This document shows positions 8,459-21,300 of a stretch of 30,887 nucleotides of DNA, in pieces. Each line of letters begins with the position of its first letter. Within the stretch, counting starts at the first letter, position 1. The position numbers and the translations under genes are program-made. Below the pieces are notes generated by a model. The model saw only the letters and a list, made by a program, of their open reading frames with translations, was not told the origin of the DNA and searched no databases. The DNA is from Escherichia coli (lineage in GTDB: Bacteria > Pseudomonadota > Gammaproteobacteria > Enterobacterales > Enterobacteriaceae), in assembly GCF_003334785.1 (NCBI RefSeq), contig NZ_QOWV01000027.1, one strand, 5' to 3'.

Positions 8459-9130
8459 TTAGGGCTGATTTGCTGTATAGCGCACGAACGCCGGACGTTC
8501 CGAGGCCACCGCGTCCGCCCAGCGCGTTGGCTCCGGCAGACGATAGCCTTTCATGCAGCGTTGTACCCACGCCAGCGCGCTGTCCACGCTGACCCGATGG
8601 CCGGTAGCGATAAACAACGGGTTACAGCGCGCTTTGCTGCGCCAGACCCAGGCCAGCTGCTCGCCTTTATCCATCAGTGGGGCCAGCGCGCCCGGTTCGC
8701 TGGAGAGCGGTTCGAATTTACCGCAGAGCCGTTTTTTCGCCACGCCAATGGTCGGCACATCCACCAATAAGCCAAAATGGCTGGCGACGCCAAGACGGCG
8801 AGGATGCGAGATCCCATGACCATCGACAAACACTAAATCCGGCTTTTGCGACAGCATCTCCCACGCTGCCAGCAGCGCAGGATATTCGCGGAAGGAAAGA
8901 AAACCTGGAATGTAAGGCATGGTGGTGGCGATGCGGGCAACTTTATACTCGACCAGCTCAAGCGAGGGATATTTCAGCAGCACCATCGCCGCTCGCGTCA
9001 CTTCTCCGCCCTGCTCAAACCCGACATCGGCTCCGGCGATCAGATCCGGTGGATCTTTATCGAGTCGATCCTCGCGGATCACAGAAGAAGCCAGTTCGAT
9101 TTGTTGAGCGCGTAATGACGCGAGATCCAT
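8459..9130 (-). CDS. nfi: Endonuclease V (deoxyinosine 3' endonuclease)
   Basis: 223 aa from ATG at 9130 ([17 protein letters not shown]...), GGAG SD in the 9-nt gap after hemE stop; track ORF begins two codons earlier at a GTG (9136). Confidence 0.93.
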
Positions 9131-9139
9131 AATCACTCC

Positions 9140-10204
9140 TTAGCGGTGATACTGTTCAGACAGTCGATGCACTGCCTCCACGAACACGCCAGCATGTTCT
9201 GGCGGCACATCCTGATGAATGCCGTGACCAAGGTTAAAGACATGACCTTCGCCGTGACCGAAACCTGCAAGTATAGTCGCTACTTCTTCTTCAATGCGGG
9301 CAGGCGGCGCGTACAGCATCGACGGATCCATATTACCCTGCAACGCGACTTTATTGCCCACACGGCGGCGCGCATCGGCGATGTCCGTTGTCCAGTCGAG
9401 GCCCAGCGCATCGCAACCGGTTTCTGCCATGGCTTCCAGCCACTGTCCGCCGCCTTTGGTAAACAGCGTGACCGGTACGCGGCGACCGTCGTTTTCACGC
9501 AGTAAACCATCAACAATTTTATGCATGTAATAGAGCGAGAACTGTTGATAATCGCGCCCGGTAAGCACGCCGCCCCAGGTGTCGAAAATCATCACTGCCT
9601 GAGCACCGGCTTTAATCTGCGCATTCAGATACAAAGTGACGCTTTTCGCCAGTTTATCGAGCAGAGCGTGCAGCGCCTGCGGATCGGCATACATCATTTT
9701 TTTGATCACGGTGAAGGCTTTGCTGCTGCCGCCTTCCACCATGTAGGTCGCCAGCGTCCACGGGCTGCCGGAAAAACCAATCAGCGGCACTTCGCCTTTC
9801 AGTTCGCGACGAATGGTACGCACCGCGTTCATCACGTAACCCAGTTCATCTTCCGGGTCCGGAATTGGCAGTTTATCGACGTCAGCTTTGCAGGTGACTG
9901 GCGAGGTAAAACGCGGACCTTCTCCGGCTTCAAAATAGAGCCCTAACCCCATCGCGTCCGGCACGGTGAGGATATCGGAAAAGAGGATCGCCGCATCCAG
10001 CGGGTAGCGACGCAGCGGTTGCAAAGTCACTTCGCACGCCAGCTCGGCGTTTTTGCACAGCGACATAAAATCGCCTGCCTGGGCGCGCGTGGCTTTATAT
10101 TCCGGTAGATAGCGACCCGCCTGGCGCATCATCCATACTGGAGTGACATCAACGGGCTGGCGCAGCAGCGCCCGCAGATAACGATCGTTTTTAAGTTCGG
10201 TCAT
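9140..10204 (-). CDS. hemE: Uroporphyrinogen decarboxylase
   Basis: 354 aa [36 protein letters not shown] (URO-D signature). Confidence 0.97.
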   Translation of the reverse strand: MTELKNDRYLRALLRQPVDVTPVWMMRQAGRYLPEYKATRAQAGDFMSLCKNAELACEVTLQPLRRYPLDAAILFSDILTVPDAMGLGLYFEAGEGPRFTSPVTCKADVDKLPIPDPEDELGYVMNAVRTIRRELKGEVPLIGFSGSPWTLATYMVEGGSSKAFTVIKKMMYADPQALHALLDKLAKSVTLYLNAQIKAGAQAVMIFDTWGGVLTGRDYQQFSLYYMHKIVDGLLRENDGRRVPVTLFTKGGGQWLEAMAETGCDALGLDWTTDIADARRRVGNKVALQGNMDPSMLYAPPARIEEEVATILAGFGHGEGHVFNLGHGIHQDVPPEHAGVFVEAVHRLSEQYHR

Positions 10205-10243
10205 TTTGGCTGTTCCTTAGTGCGTCAGGCGGTCAGTGTATCA

Positions 10244-11017
10244 TCACTCATACTCTGCCCGACACATCGCCACCGTATCTTCTATCAGACGGCGCGCTAC
10301 GGTGCCGGGCGGCGGGAGTAACGGCAAATCGTCATAGCGATACCAGTTCGCCTCGAGCAATTCTTTCGGGTCGATCACGATGTCGCCGCTGTCATATTCC
10401 GCCATAAACGCGGTCATTAAAGACTGAGGAAACGGCCACGGCTGAGAAGTCACGTAACGCAAGTTTTTAACTTTAATTCCGCTCTCTTCCATCACTTCCC
10501 GCGCGACTGCCTGCTCGAGGGTTTCGCCCACTTCGACGAATCCGGCAAGTACTGTATGGACACCGTTACGATGGCGGGTATGCTGGGCGAGGAGGATCGA
10601 ATCATCGCGACGGATGGCAACAATAATGCAGGGGGCGATTTGCGGGTAGTAACGCTCACGGCAATGGCTGCACAGCATCGCCCATTCGGTTTTGCTCGGA
10701 TACATTTCATGCCCGCAGTAACCACAGTATTTATGCGATCGGTAAAACTCCGCCAGTTGTACGCCTCGTCCGGCCAGTTGAAACAGCCCAACATCGAGAT
10801 CAATGACCTGACGTACCGACCCCATATCGTGACGCCGCTGCTGTTGTACTAACCAAACAGGTTCCCCCTGCCATTCGCCGATTTGTAGTGCGCGCTGACC
10901 CACAAGATCGAAATTTGCCGCTTCGCCATATGGCAATTCTCCCTTCGGCAACCATAATTTTTGTTCATGGCTGACGACCCACCAGCCGTGATCTAATTTT
11001 TCAATTATACGATCCAT
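10244..11017 (-). CDS. nudC: NADH pyrophosphatase (Nudix hydrolase, RNA NAD-cap decapping enzyme)
   Basis: 257 aa; zinc-ribbon CGYCGHEM...CSHC and Nudix box [23 protein letters not shown]. Confidence 0.96.
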
Positions 11018-11111
11018 AGCTCTTGCACTACCTTTGCATCACTGGCATGTTTAACATGGTTTTTACATTTCTCACTGAGCAGTTTTTGAATACAAACTTG
11101 CGGAGTCAATC

Positions 11112-11588
11112 ATGCTTAACCAGCTCGATAACCTGACGGAGCGCGTCAGAGGAAGTAACAAACTGGTTGATCGCTGGCTACATGTACGTAAGCATCTGCT
11201 CGTGGCTTACTACAATCTGGTTGGCATTAAGCCTGGCAAAGAATCGTACATGAGGCTAAACGAAAAAGCCCTTGATGATTTTTGTCAGAGCCTGGTCGAT
11301 TACTTGTCTGCCGGACATTTCAGTATTTATGAGCGCATTCTTCATAAGCTGGAAGGCAACGGGCAACTCGCGCGCGCCGCGAAGATTTGGCCGCAACTCG
11401 AAGCCAATACTCAACAGATTATGGATTACTACGATTCCAGTCTGGAAACCGCCATCGATCATGATAATTACCTTGAGTTTCAACAGGTTTTATCTGACAT
11501 CGGCGAGGCGCTGGAAGCGCGCTTTGTGCTGGAAGATAAGCTGATTCTGCTGGTGCTTGACGCCGCCCGCGTCAAACATCCTGCTTGA
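11112..11588 (+). CDS. rsd: Regulator of sigma D (anti-sigma70 factor)
   Basis: 158 aa MLNQLDNLTERVRGSNKLVDRWLHVRKHLLVAYYNLVG; divergent from nudC with 94-bp spacer. Confidence 0.95.
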   Translation: MLNQLDNLTERVRGSNKLVDRWLHVRKHLLVAYYNLVGIKPGKESYMRLNEKALDDFCQSLVDYLSAGHFSIYERILHKLEGNGQLARAAKIWPQLEANTQQIMDYYDSSLETAIDHDNYLEFQQVLSDIGEALEARFVLEDKLILLVLDAARVKHPA

Positions 11589-11622
11589 GTTCTGCGCTGT
11601 TAACGCGTAATTTACATTCAAT

Positions 11623-11648
11623 GCCCCATTTGCGGGGCTAATTTCTTG
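11623..11648 (+). terminator. Possible weak terminator / hairpin after rsd
   Basis: GCCCC-ATTTGC-GGGGC followed by TAATTTCTT; short stem and interrupted U-tract. Confidence 0.3.
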
Positions 11649-11740
11649 TCGGAGTGCCTTAACTGGCTGAGACCGTTTATTCGGGATCCGCGGAACCTGA
11701 TCAGGCTAATACCTGCGAAGGGAACAAGAGTTAATCTGCT
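11640..11740 (+). ncRNA. TPP (thiamine pyrophosphate) riboswitch, thi-box aptamer in the thiC leader
   Basis: Contains the conserved thi-box elements GGAGUGCC ... CUGAGA ... GGAACCUGAUCAGGCUAAUACCUGCGAAGGGAA; located 80-180 nt upstream of thiC ATG; followed by a second hairpin ATCGCC-CCTGC-GGCGAT (11748..11764) plausibly part of the expression platform. Aptamer boundaries approximate. Confidence 0.9.
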
Positions 11741-11817
11741 ATCGCATCGCCCCTGCGGCGATCGTCTCTTGCTTCATCCGTCGTCTGACAAGCCACGTCC
11801 TTAACTTTTTGGAATGA

Positions 11818-13715
<1,898 letters not shown>

Positions 13716-13716
<1 letters not shown>

Positions 13717-14351
13717 TGTATCAGCCTGATTTTCCTCCTGTACCTTTTCGTTCAGGACTGTACCCGGTGGTGGACAGCGTACAGTGGATCGAACGTCTGT
13801 TGGATGCAGGCGTACGTACTCTCCAGCTACGCATCAAAGATCGGCGCGATGAAGAGGTGGAAGCCGATGTCGTGGCGGCAATTGCGCTGGGCCGCCGCTA
13901 TAACGCGCGATTGTTTATCAACGATTACTGGCGGCTGGCGATCAAGCATCAGGCGTATGGCGTCCATTTGGGGCAGGAAGATTTGCAAGCCACCGATCTC
14001 AATGCCATCCGCGCGGCAGGCCTGCGGCTGGGCGTTTCGACACATGACGATATGGAAATCGACGTCGCGCTGGCAGCACGCCCCTCTTATATCGCGCTGG
14101 GACATGTGTTCCCGACGCAAACCAAACAGATGCCTTCTGCACCGCAGGGGCTGGAACAGCTGGCACGGCATGTTGAGCGACTGGCGGATTATCCCACCGT
14201 GGCGATTGGCGGTATCAGTCTGGCACGCGCGCCTGCGGTGATAGCAACGGGTGTCGGCAGTATCGCCGTCGTCAGCGCCATTACTCAAGCCGCAGACTGG
14301 CGTTTGGCAACGGCACAGTTGCTGGAAATTGCAGGAGTTGGCGATGAATGA
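13716..14351 (+). CDS. thiE: Thiamine-phosphate synthase
   Basis: 211 aa from ATG 13716 ([21 protein letters not shown]...), overlapping thiC stop by 1 nt; track start 13713 is an upstream GTG. Confidence 0.95.
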
Positions 14352-15099
14352 CCGTGACTTTATGCGTTATAGCCGCCAAATCCTGCTCGACGATATCGCT
14401 CTGGACGGGCAGCAAAAACTGCTCGACAGCCAGGTGCTGATTATCGGTCTGGGCGGGCTGGGTACACCTGCTGCGCTGTACCTGGCGGGCGCTGGCGTCG
14501 GGACGCTGGTACTGGCAGATGACGACGATGTGCATTTAAGCAATCTGCAACGACAAATCCTCTTTACCACTGAAGATATCGATCGCCCGAAATCGCAGGT
14601 CAGCCAACAGCGACTGACACAGTTGAATCCCGACATTCAACTGACAGCATTACAACAACGGTTAACGGGTGAGGCGTTAAAAGATGCGGTTGCACGGGCC
14701 GATGTGGTGCTCGACTGTACCGACAATATGGCGACTCGCCAGGAGATTAATGCCGCCTGCGTGGCACTCAACACGCCGCTTATCACCGCCAGCGCGGTCG
14801 GATTTGGCGGTCAGTTGATGGTACTGACGCCGCCCTGGGAGCAGGGGTGTTACCGCTGCCTGTGGCCAGATAACCAGGAGCCAGAACGCAACTGCCGCAC
14901 GGCGGGCGTGGTTGGCCCGGTGGTCGGGGTTATGGGCACTTTGCAGGCACTGGAAGCCATTAAGTTATTAAGCGGTATAGAGACACCTGCGGGAGAACTC
15001 CGACTGTTCGACGGTAAATCGAGCCAGTGGCGCAGCCTGGCGTTGCGCCGCGCCAGTGGTTGCCCGGTATGCGGAGGAAGCAATGCAGATCCTGTTTAA
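14344..15099 (+). CDS. thiF: ThiS adenylyltransferase (E1-like)
   Basis: 251 aa from [15 protein letters not shown]; GLGGLG nucleotide-binding motif and CxxC...CxxC zinc motif; track ORF 14251.. is an in-frame upstream extension overlapping thiE. Confidence 0.95.
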
Positions 15100-15283
15100 C
15101 GATCAAGCGATGCAGTGCGCCGCCGGGCAAACTGTTCACGAACTACTGGAGCAACTCGACCAACGACAAGCGGGCGCGGCTCTGGCGATTAATCAGCAAA
15201 TCGTCCCGCGTGAGCAGTGGGCGCAACATATCGTGCAGGATGGCGACCAGATCCTGCTTTTTCAGGTTATTGCAGGGGGTTGA
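15083..15283 (+). CDS. thiS: Sulfur-carrier protein ThiS (ubiquitin-like, C-terminal Gly-Gly)
   Basis: 66 aa [25 protein letters not shown]...LLFQVIAGG; start lies 17 nt inside thiF. Confidence 0.93.
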
Positions 15284-15284
15284 A

Positions 15285-16055
15285 ATGTTACGTATTGCGG
15301 ACAAAACGTTTGATTCACATCTGTTTACCGGCACAGGGAAATTCGCTTCTTCACAACTGATGGTGGAGGCGATCCGCGCTTCCGGCAGCCAGCTGGTGAC
15401 ACTGGCGATGAAACGTGTCGACTTGCGCCAGCACAACGACGCTATCCTCGAACCGCTTATCGCGGCGGGTGTGACCCTGCTGCCAAATACATCCGGGGCG
15501 AAAACAGCGGAAGAAGCCATTTTCGCCGCCCATCTGGCTCGTGAAGCGTTAGGCACAAACTGGTTAAAATTAGAGATTCACCCTGACGCCCGCTGGCTGT
15601 TGCCCGATCCCATCGAAACCCTGAAAGCCGCCGAAACGCTGGTACAACAGGGATTTGTCGTGCTGCCTTACTGCGGGGCCGATCCGGTATTGTGTAAACG
15701 TCTGGAAGAAGTCGGCTGTGCAGCGGTGATGCCGCTCGGCGCGCCGATTGGCTCGAATCAGGGACTGGAAACCCGCGCCATGCTGGAGATTATTATCCAG
15801 CAGGCCACAGTGCCGGTGGTTGTCGATGCTGGCATCGGCGTTCCCAGCCATGCCGCGCAGGCGCTGGAAATGGGGGCCGACGCGGTGTTAGTGAATACGG
15901 CGATTGCCGTCGCGGACGATCCCGTCAACATGGCGAAGGCATTTCGTCTGGCGGTAGAAGCAGGCCTACTGGCACGTCAGTCCGGACCGAGCAGCCGCAG
16001 TTATTTTGCTCATGCCACCAGCCCGCTGACCGGATTTCTGGAGGCATCGGCATGA
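15285..16055 (+). CDS. thiG: Thiazole synthase
   Basis: 256 aa [34 protein letters not shown]; ATG 1 nt after thiS stop; track ORF 15027.. is an upstream extension in the same frame. Confidence 0.96.
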   Translation: MLRIADKTFDSHLFTGTGKFASSQLMVEAIRASGSQLVTLAMKRVDLRQHNDAILEPLIAAGVTLLPNTSGAKTAEEAIFAAHLAREALGTNWLKLEIHPDARWLLPDPIETLKAAETLVQQGFVVLPYCGADPVLCKRLEEVGCAAVMPLGAPIGSNQGLETRAMLEIIIQQATVPVVVDAGIGVPSHAAQALEMGADAVLVNTAIAVADDPVNMAKAFRLAVEAGLLARQSGPSSRSYFAHATSPLTGFLEASA

Positions 16056-17185
16056 AAACCTTCAGCGATCGCTGGCGACAACTGGACTGGGACGACATCC
16101 GCCTGCGTATCAACGGCAAAACGGCTGCTGACGTAGAGCGGGCGCTAAATGCCTCGCAACTCACCCGCGACGACATGATGGCGCTGTTATCGCCTGCCGC
16201 CAGTGGCTATCTGGAACAACTGGCCCAACGGGCGCAGCGTCTGACCCGTCAGCGATTTGGCAACACAGTTAGTTTCTACGTCCCGCTTTATCTTTCCAAT
16301 CTTTGCGCTAACGACTGCACGTACTGTGGATTTTCCATGAGTAATCGCATCAAGCGCAAAACGCTGGATGAAGCGGATATTGCCAGGGAAAGTGCCGCTA
16401 TACGGGAGATGGGCTTTGAACATCTGCTGTTAGTCACTGGTGAACATCAGGCGAAAGTGGGGATGGATTACTTTCGTCGTCATCTCCCTGCCCTTCGTGA
16501 ACAGTTCTCTTCACTACAGATGGAAGTGCAACCGCTGGCGGAGACGGAATACGCCGAGTTAAAGCAACTTGGTCTGGATGGCGTGATGGTTTATCAGGAG
16601 ACATATCACGAGGCGACTTATGCCCGCCATCATCTGAAAGGCAAAAAACAGGACTTCTTCTGGCGGCTGGAAACGCCGGATCGGCTGGGGCGTGCGGGGA
16701 TTGATAAGATAGGCCTCGGCGCGCTAATTGGCCTTTCCGACAACTGGCGCGTTGACAGCTATATGGTTGCCGAACATTTGCTATGGCTGCAACAGCATTA
16801 CTGGCAAAGCCGTTACTCTGTCTCCTTTCCGCGCCTGCGCCCGTGTACTGGCGGCATTGAGCCTGCGTCGATTATGGATGAACGCCAGTTAGTGCAAACC
16901 ATCTGCGCCTTCCGACTGCTTGCACCGGAGATTGAACTGTCACTCTCCACGCGGGAATCACCGTGGTTTCGCGATCGCGTTATTCCGCTGGCGATCAATA
17001 ACGTCAGCGCCTTCTCGAAAACGCAGCCAGGTGGCTATGCCGATAATCACCCCGAGTTGGAACAGTTCTCACCGCACGACGATCGCAGACCGGAAGCGGT
17101 TGCTGCCGCGTTAACCGCTCAGGGTTTGCAGCCGGTATGGAAAGACTGGGACAGCTATCTGGGACGCGCCTCGCAAAGACTATGA
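16052..17185 (+). CDS. thiH: 2-iminoacetate synthase (radical SAM tyrosine lyase)
   Basis: 377 aa; [10 protein letters not shown] CxxxCxxC radical-SAM motif; ATGA overlap with thiG stop. Confidence 0.96.
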   Translation: MKTFSDRWRQLDWDDIRLRINGKTAADVERALNASQLTRDDMMALLSPAASGYLEQLAQRAQRLTRQRFGNTVSFYVPLYLSNLCANDCTYCGFSMSNRIKRKTLDEADIARESAAIREMGFEHLLLVTGEHQAKVGMDYFRRHLPALREQFSSLQMEVQPLAETEYAELKQLGLDGVMVYQETYHEATYARHHLKGKKQDFFWRLETPDRLGRAGIDKIGLGALIGLSDNWRVDSYMVAEHLLWLQQHYWQSRYSVSFPRLRPCTGGIEPASIMDERQLVQTICAFRLLAPEIELSLSTRESPWFRDRVIPLAINNVSAFSKTQPGGYADNHPELEQFSPHDDRRPEAVAAALTAQGLQPVWKDWDSYLGRASQRL

Positions 17186-17298
17186 GACGGAATGTAAGAA
17201 CGTAAATTTATTCCGAGCCGCTACGGAAGATGAAAAACGCAAGGTTGTTGAAAGCGTTGTGTTTTTTTATGGTAGTGCCGTCAGCAGGAATGTTGTCC

Positions 17299-17338
17299 AG
17301 GGCGAAAAGCTTCTTCCTCGTTTCGCCCTGCCTTTCTT
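17299..17338 (+). terminator. Candidate intrinsic terminator for the thi operon
   Basis: CAGGGCGAAA-13 nt loop-TTTCGCCCTG (10-bp stem) followed by CCTTTCTT; about 115 nt after thiH stop. U-tract imperfect. Confidence 0.4.
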
Positions 17339-17397
17339 AAAAATTCCGTAATGCAAAGTCTGAAGCCATCGCCTGTTGAGCAATGAAAGAGATCTGA

Positions 17398-17426
17398 TTG
17401 TAAGAGAGTAAATACTCAACTATGAT
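17398..17426 (+). promoter_or_regulatory. Sigma70 promoter candidate (TTGTAA-17-TATGAT) for an intergenic small RNA
   Basis: -35 TTGTAA 17398..17403, 17-nt spacer, -10 TATGAT 17421..17426; no CDS follows on the plus strand before a strong terminator about 165 nt downstream. Confidence 0.5.
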
Positions 17427-17432
17427 AGAGAC

Positions 17433-17600
17433 GAAAATAAGAACACATGTTCTCATCTTCCAGGATGCAGCAGACTGAAGAAATTCAGACATCCCGCAAC
17501 CTGCGATTATCGCAAGGTCAAGGCAAAGTCCGGTAATGGCGTTCTGAATACCAGAGATAATTCTCTGGCGAAACCCACCTTAAGGTGGGTTTTGTTATTT
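17433..17600 (+). ncRNA. sroH: Candidate small RNA (SroH-like) in the thiH/htrC convergent spacer, ending at an intrinsic terminator
   Basis: Promoter as above plus terminator AACCCACC-UUAA-GGUGGGUU followed by UUGUUAUUUU (17572..17600) define an approximately 165-nt non-coding transcript; an sRNA named SroH of about this size has been reported between htrC and thiH in E. coli K-12 (recalled from literature, exact coordinates not verified). Confidence 0.55.
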
Positions 17601-18134
17601 TGAGGGCTGAGGAAGCTGCTTATTTCTCAATAAGTTGTAGGCAATGGTGAAAAATTTCACTGATTTACCTTTCTGTTTTTCAGAAATGGGATAAGCGCTA
17701 GTTACATGCAAACGGAGTTTTTTCTTTTCCCTGAAAGCCCTGAACGCAACAAAGTAAAATGCCTTATCTCCTCCGTCTAAGTCCACCTCAATCACGGCAT
17801 AGCTACCATACCCGGCATGAATAACGTTGCTTTCTGGCAGCGCCAAAATAGTTCTTTTTAAGTGTGTGCGCGCTAAGTTATAACGGTGCTGGCAGAAGGG
17901 ACGGGATTCTTTAGGCGCGTGGTACATTAACGATTGTTTTTCTTCGTTCGTCTGATGTTCATAATCTTTTGTGAAGCAGTGAAGAGAGTAGGTAACCCAA
18001 AAGCGATACTCTAAAGGCTCTTTGCCCTCATGATGCTGAACGTAGACAGCCTGATGAGCATCAAGAAATGATAAATCACGAATATCACCATCCGGATGTC
18101 CAAAAGGTCGCCACTTTTCCACTTCCTGTTTCAT
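17595..18134 (-). CDS. htrC: Heat-shock protein C (YjaZ/HtrC, DUF2441)
   Basis: 179 aa MKQEVEKWRPFGHPDGDIRDLSFLDAHQAVYVQHHEGKEPLEYRFWV; stop codon abuts the plus-strand terminator hairpin. Confidence 0.9.
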   Translation of the reverse strand: MKQEVEKWRPFGHPDGDIRDLSFLDAHQAVYVQHHEGKEPLEYRFWVTYSLHCFTKDYEHQTNEEKQSLMYHAPKESRPFCQHRYNLARTHLKRTILALPESNVIHAGYGSYAVIEVDLDGGDKAFYFVAFRAFREKKKLRLHVTSAYPISEKQKGKSVKFFTIAYNLLRNKQLPQPSK

Positions 18135-18297
18135 TCTCGTTCCTTAAGAAAGTTACACAGGAATAGTATCGAATCCTTGCCGAGTTTGACTCAATTAGTT
18201 CAGTCAGTTTCAGGATATTAGTCATCTCTACATTGATTATGAGTATTCAGAAATTCCTTAAATATTCTGACAAATGCTCTTTCCCTAAACTCCCCCC

Positions 18298-18327
18298 ATA
18301 AAAAAACCCGCCGAAGCGGGTTTTTAC
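18298..18327 (-). terminator. rpoC (rpoBC operon) intrinsic terminator, bidirectional-looking
   Basis: Minus RNA: AAAAACCCGC-UUCG-GCGGGUUUUUUUAU about 25 nt after rpoC stop; A-run/T-run on both sides. Confidence 0.85.
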
Positions 18328-18346
18328 GTTATTTGCGGATTAACGA

Positions 18347-21300
18347 TTACTCGTTATCAGAACCGCCCAGACCTGCGTTCAGCAGTTCTGCCAGGCTGGC
18401 AGATGCGTCTTCTGCAGTCACCTGCGGTGCAGCCGGAGCTTCACCCGCAGCACGGCGACGCATACGATCCTGGTGGTACGCGTAACCGGTACCTGCCGGG
18501 ATCAGACGACCCACGATAACGTTCTCTTTCAGGCCGCGCAGTTCGTCGCGTTTGCCCGCAACGGCTGCTTCGGTCAGCACGCGAGTGGTCTCCTGGAACG
18601 ATGCCGCGGAGATGAAGGACTCGGTTGCCAGAGACGCTTTGGTGATACCCAGCAGATCGCGGGAGTAAGTTGCACCCACTTTGCCGTTCGCTTCCAGTTC
18701 GCGGTTTGCGATCTTGACGCGAGAGTATTCAACCTGTTCGCCTTCCAGGAAGTCGGAGCTACCCGCGTTAACGATGGTAGCTTTACGCAGCATCTGACGA
18801 ACGATAACTTCGATGTGTTTATCGTTAATCTTAACGCCCTGCAGACGGTATACGTCCTGTACTTCGTTAACGATGTAACGAGTAACAGCATGAACACCAC
18901 GCAGACGCAGAATGTCGTGCGGCGCTTCCGGACCGTCGGAAATTACGTCACCACGTTCTACACGTTCACCTTCGAACACGTTGAGCTGACGCCATTTCGG
19001 AATCATCTCTTCGTACGGATCGCTACCGTCTACCGGGGTGATAACCAGACGACGTTTACCTTTGGTTTCTTTACCGAAGGAAACGATACCGCTGATTTCA
19101 GCCAGGATTGCCGGCTCTTTCGGACGACGTGCTTCGAACAGGTCCGCAACGCGCGGCAGACCACCGGTGATGTCCTTGGTACCGCCGGATTCCTGCGGAA
19201 TACGCGCCAGGGTGTCACCAGAGCTGATCTGTACGCCATCTTCCAGCTGAACAATCGCTTTACCCGGCAGGAAGTACTGCGCTGGCATATCGGTACCTGG
19301 GATCAGAACGTCGTTACCCTGAGCATCAACGATTTTCAGTGCCGGACGCAGATCTTTACCACCTGCGGTACGTTCTGCGGAATCCAGAACCACCAGCGAA
19401 GACAGACCGGTCAGTTCGTCGGTCTGACGCGTAATGGTCTGGCCGTCGATCATGTCAGTAAAGCGTACAAAACCGCTTACTTCGGTGATAACCGGCATGG
19501 TGTGCGGGTCCCAGTTTGCAACGGTTTCGCCGCCAGCAACCTGTTCGCCATCGCCTTTCGCCAGTACCGCACCGTAAGGTACTTTGTAGCTTTCTTTAGT
19601 ACGACCGAATTCGTCGATCAGTTTCAGTTCAGTATTACGGGAAGTGATAACCAGTTTACCGCTGGAGTTCACAACCGACTTCACGTTGCTGAGCTTGATG
19701 CTACCTTTGTTTTTCACTTGGATGCTGGATTCAGCAGCCGCACGAGATGCCGCACCACCGATGTGGAACGTACGCATGGTCAGCTGTGTACCCGGTTCAC
19801 CGATGGACTGTGCCGCGATAACACCGATTGCTTCACCCTTGTTGATGATGTGGCCACGCGCCAGGTCACGACCGTAGCAGTGCGCACATACACCAAAGTC
19901 GGTGTCACAAGATACAACAGAACGTACTTTAACCGCGTCGACAGAGTTCTCTTCCAGCAGGTCACACCACTGTTCGTGCAGCAGCGTGTTGCGCGGAACG
20001 AGGATATCAGCAGTACCCGGCTTCAGAACGTCTTCAGCAGTTACACGACCCAGTACGCGATCGCGCAGCGGCTCTTTAACGTCACCACCCTCGATAACCG
20101 GAGTCATCATGATACCTTCATGGGTACCACAATCGTCTTCGGTAACCACCAGGTCCTGCGCCACGTCAACCAGACGACGAGTCAGGTAACCGGAGTTCGC
20201 AGTTTTCAGTGCGGTATCCGCCAGACCTTTACGAGCACCGTGGGTGGAGATGAAGTACTGGAGTACGTTCAGACCTTCACGGAAGTTCGCGGTGATTGGC
20301 GTTTCGATGATGGAGCCATCCGGCTTCGCCATCAGACCACGCATACCAGCAAGCTGACGAATCTGTGCCGCAGAACCACGCGCACCGGAGTCGGCCATCA
20401 TGTAGATGCTGTTGAAGGAAACCTGCTTCTCTTCCTGACCGTCACGGTTAATCACGGTTTCAGTTTGCAGGTTATCCATCATCGCTTTGGATACACGATC
20501 GTTCGCCGCAGCCCAGATATCGATAACTTTGTTGTAGCGTTCGCCCGCAGTTACCAGACCAGACTGGAACTGCTCCTGAATTTCAGCAACTTCTGCTTCT
20601 GCCTCGGAGATGATTTCGTGTTTCTTCTCCGGGATGACCATGTCATCGATACCAACAGATGCACCAGAACGCGCTGCATAGGCGAAGCCGGTGTACATGA
20701 TCTGGTCCGCAAAAATAACGGTCGGTTTCAGACCGAGAATGCGGTAGCAGGTGTTCAGCATTTTGGAGATTGCTTTTTTACCCAGCGCCTGGTTGACGAT
20801 GGAGTAAGGCAGACCTTTCGGTACAATCATCCACAGAATGGCACGGCCAACAGTCGTGTCTTTCAGGCTGGTTTTCGCTACTAATTCACCGTTAGCATCT
20901 TTTTCATACTCGGTGATACGCACTTTAACGCGCGCATGCAGAGAAGCCAGACCAGAGCGATACAGACGTTCTGCTTCTTTCGGGCCAGTCAGCACCATGC
21001 CTTCGCCTTTGGCGTTAACACAGTCACGGGTCATGTAGTACAGACCCAGTACAACGTCCTGAGACGGAACGATGATTGGTTCGCCGTTCGCCGGGGACAG
21101 GATGTTGTTGGTAGACATCATCAGCGCACGCGCTTCCAGCTGGGCTTCCAGCGTCAGCGGTACGTGAACAGCCATCTGGTCACCATCGAAGTCGGCGTTA
21201 TATGCCGCACAAACCAGCGGGTGCAGCTGGATAGCTTTACCTTCGATCAGTACCGGTTCAAATGCCTGGATACCCAGACGGTGCAGAGTCGGTGCACGGT

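Noticed and set aside
15027-15284. Upstream extensions of thiG (15027..), thiF (14251..), thiE (13713 GTG), nfi (9136 GTG) and rpoB (26708) suggested by the six-frame track
   Set aside because: Internal ATG starts give canonical protein lengths and N-termini and sit in proper translational-coupling positions; the extensions simply reflect the absence of in-frame stops in the upstream overlapping gene.
17234-17269. Second possible hairpin + T7 run (AACGC...GCGTT GTG TTTTTTT) after thiH
   Set aside because: Only a 5-bp stem with a 13-nt loop; the hairpin at 17299..17330 is much more stable, so this one is probably not the functional terminator.
17422-17478. 18-codon ORF (MIETKIRTHVLIFQDAAD) in the thiH/htrC spacer
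   Set aside because: Its ATG overlaps the predicted -10 hexamer, so it would not be included in the transcript; no SD; more parsimonious as part of the non-coding SroH-like RNA. Could still be tested by ribosome profiling.
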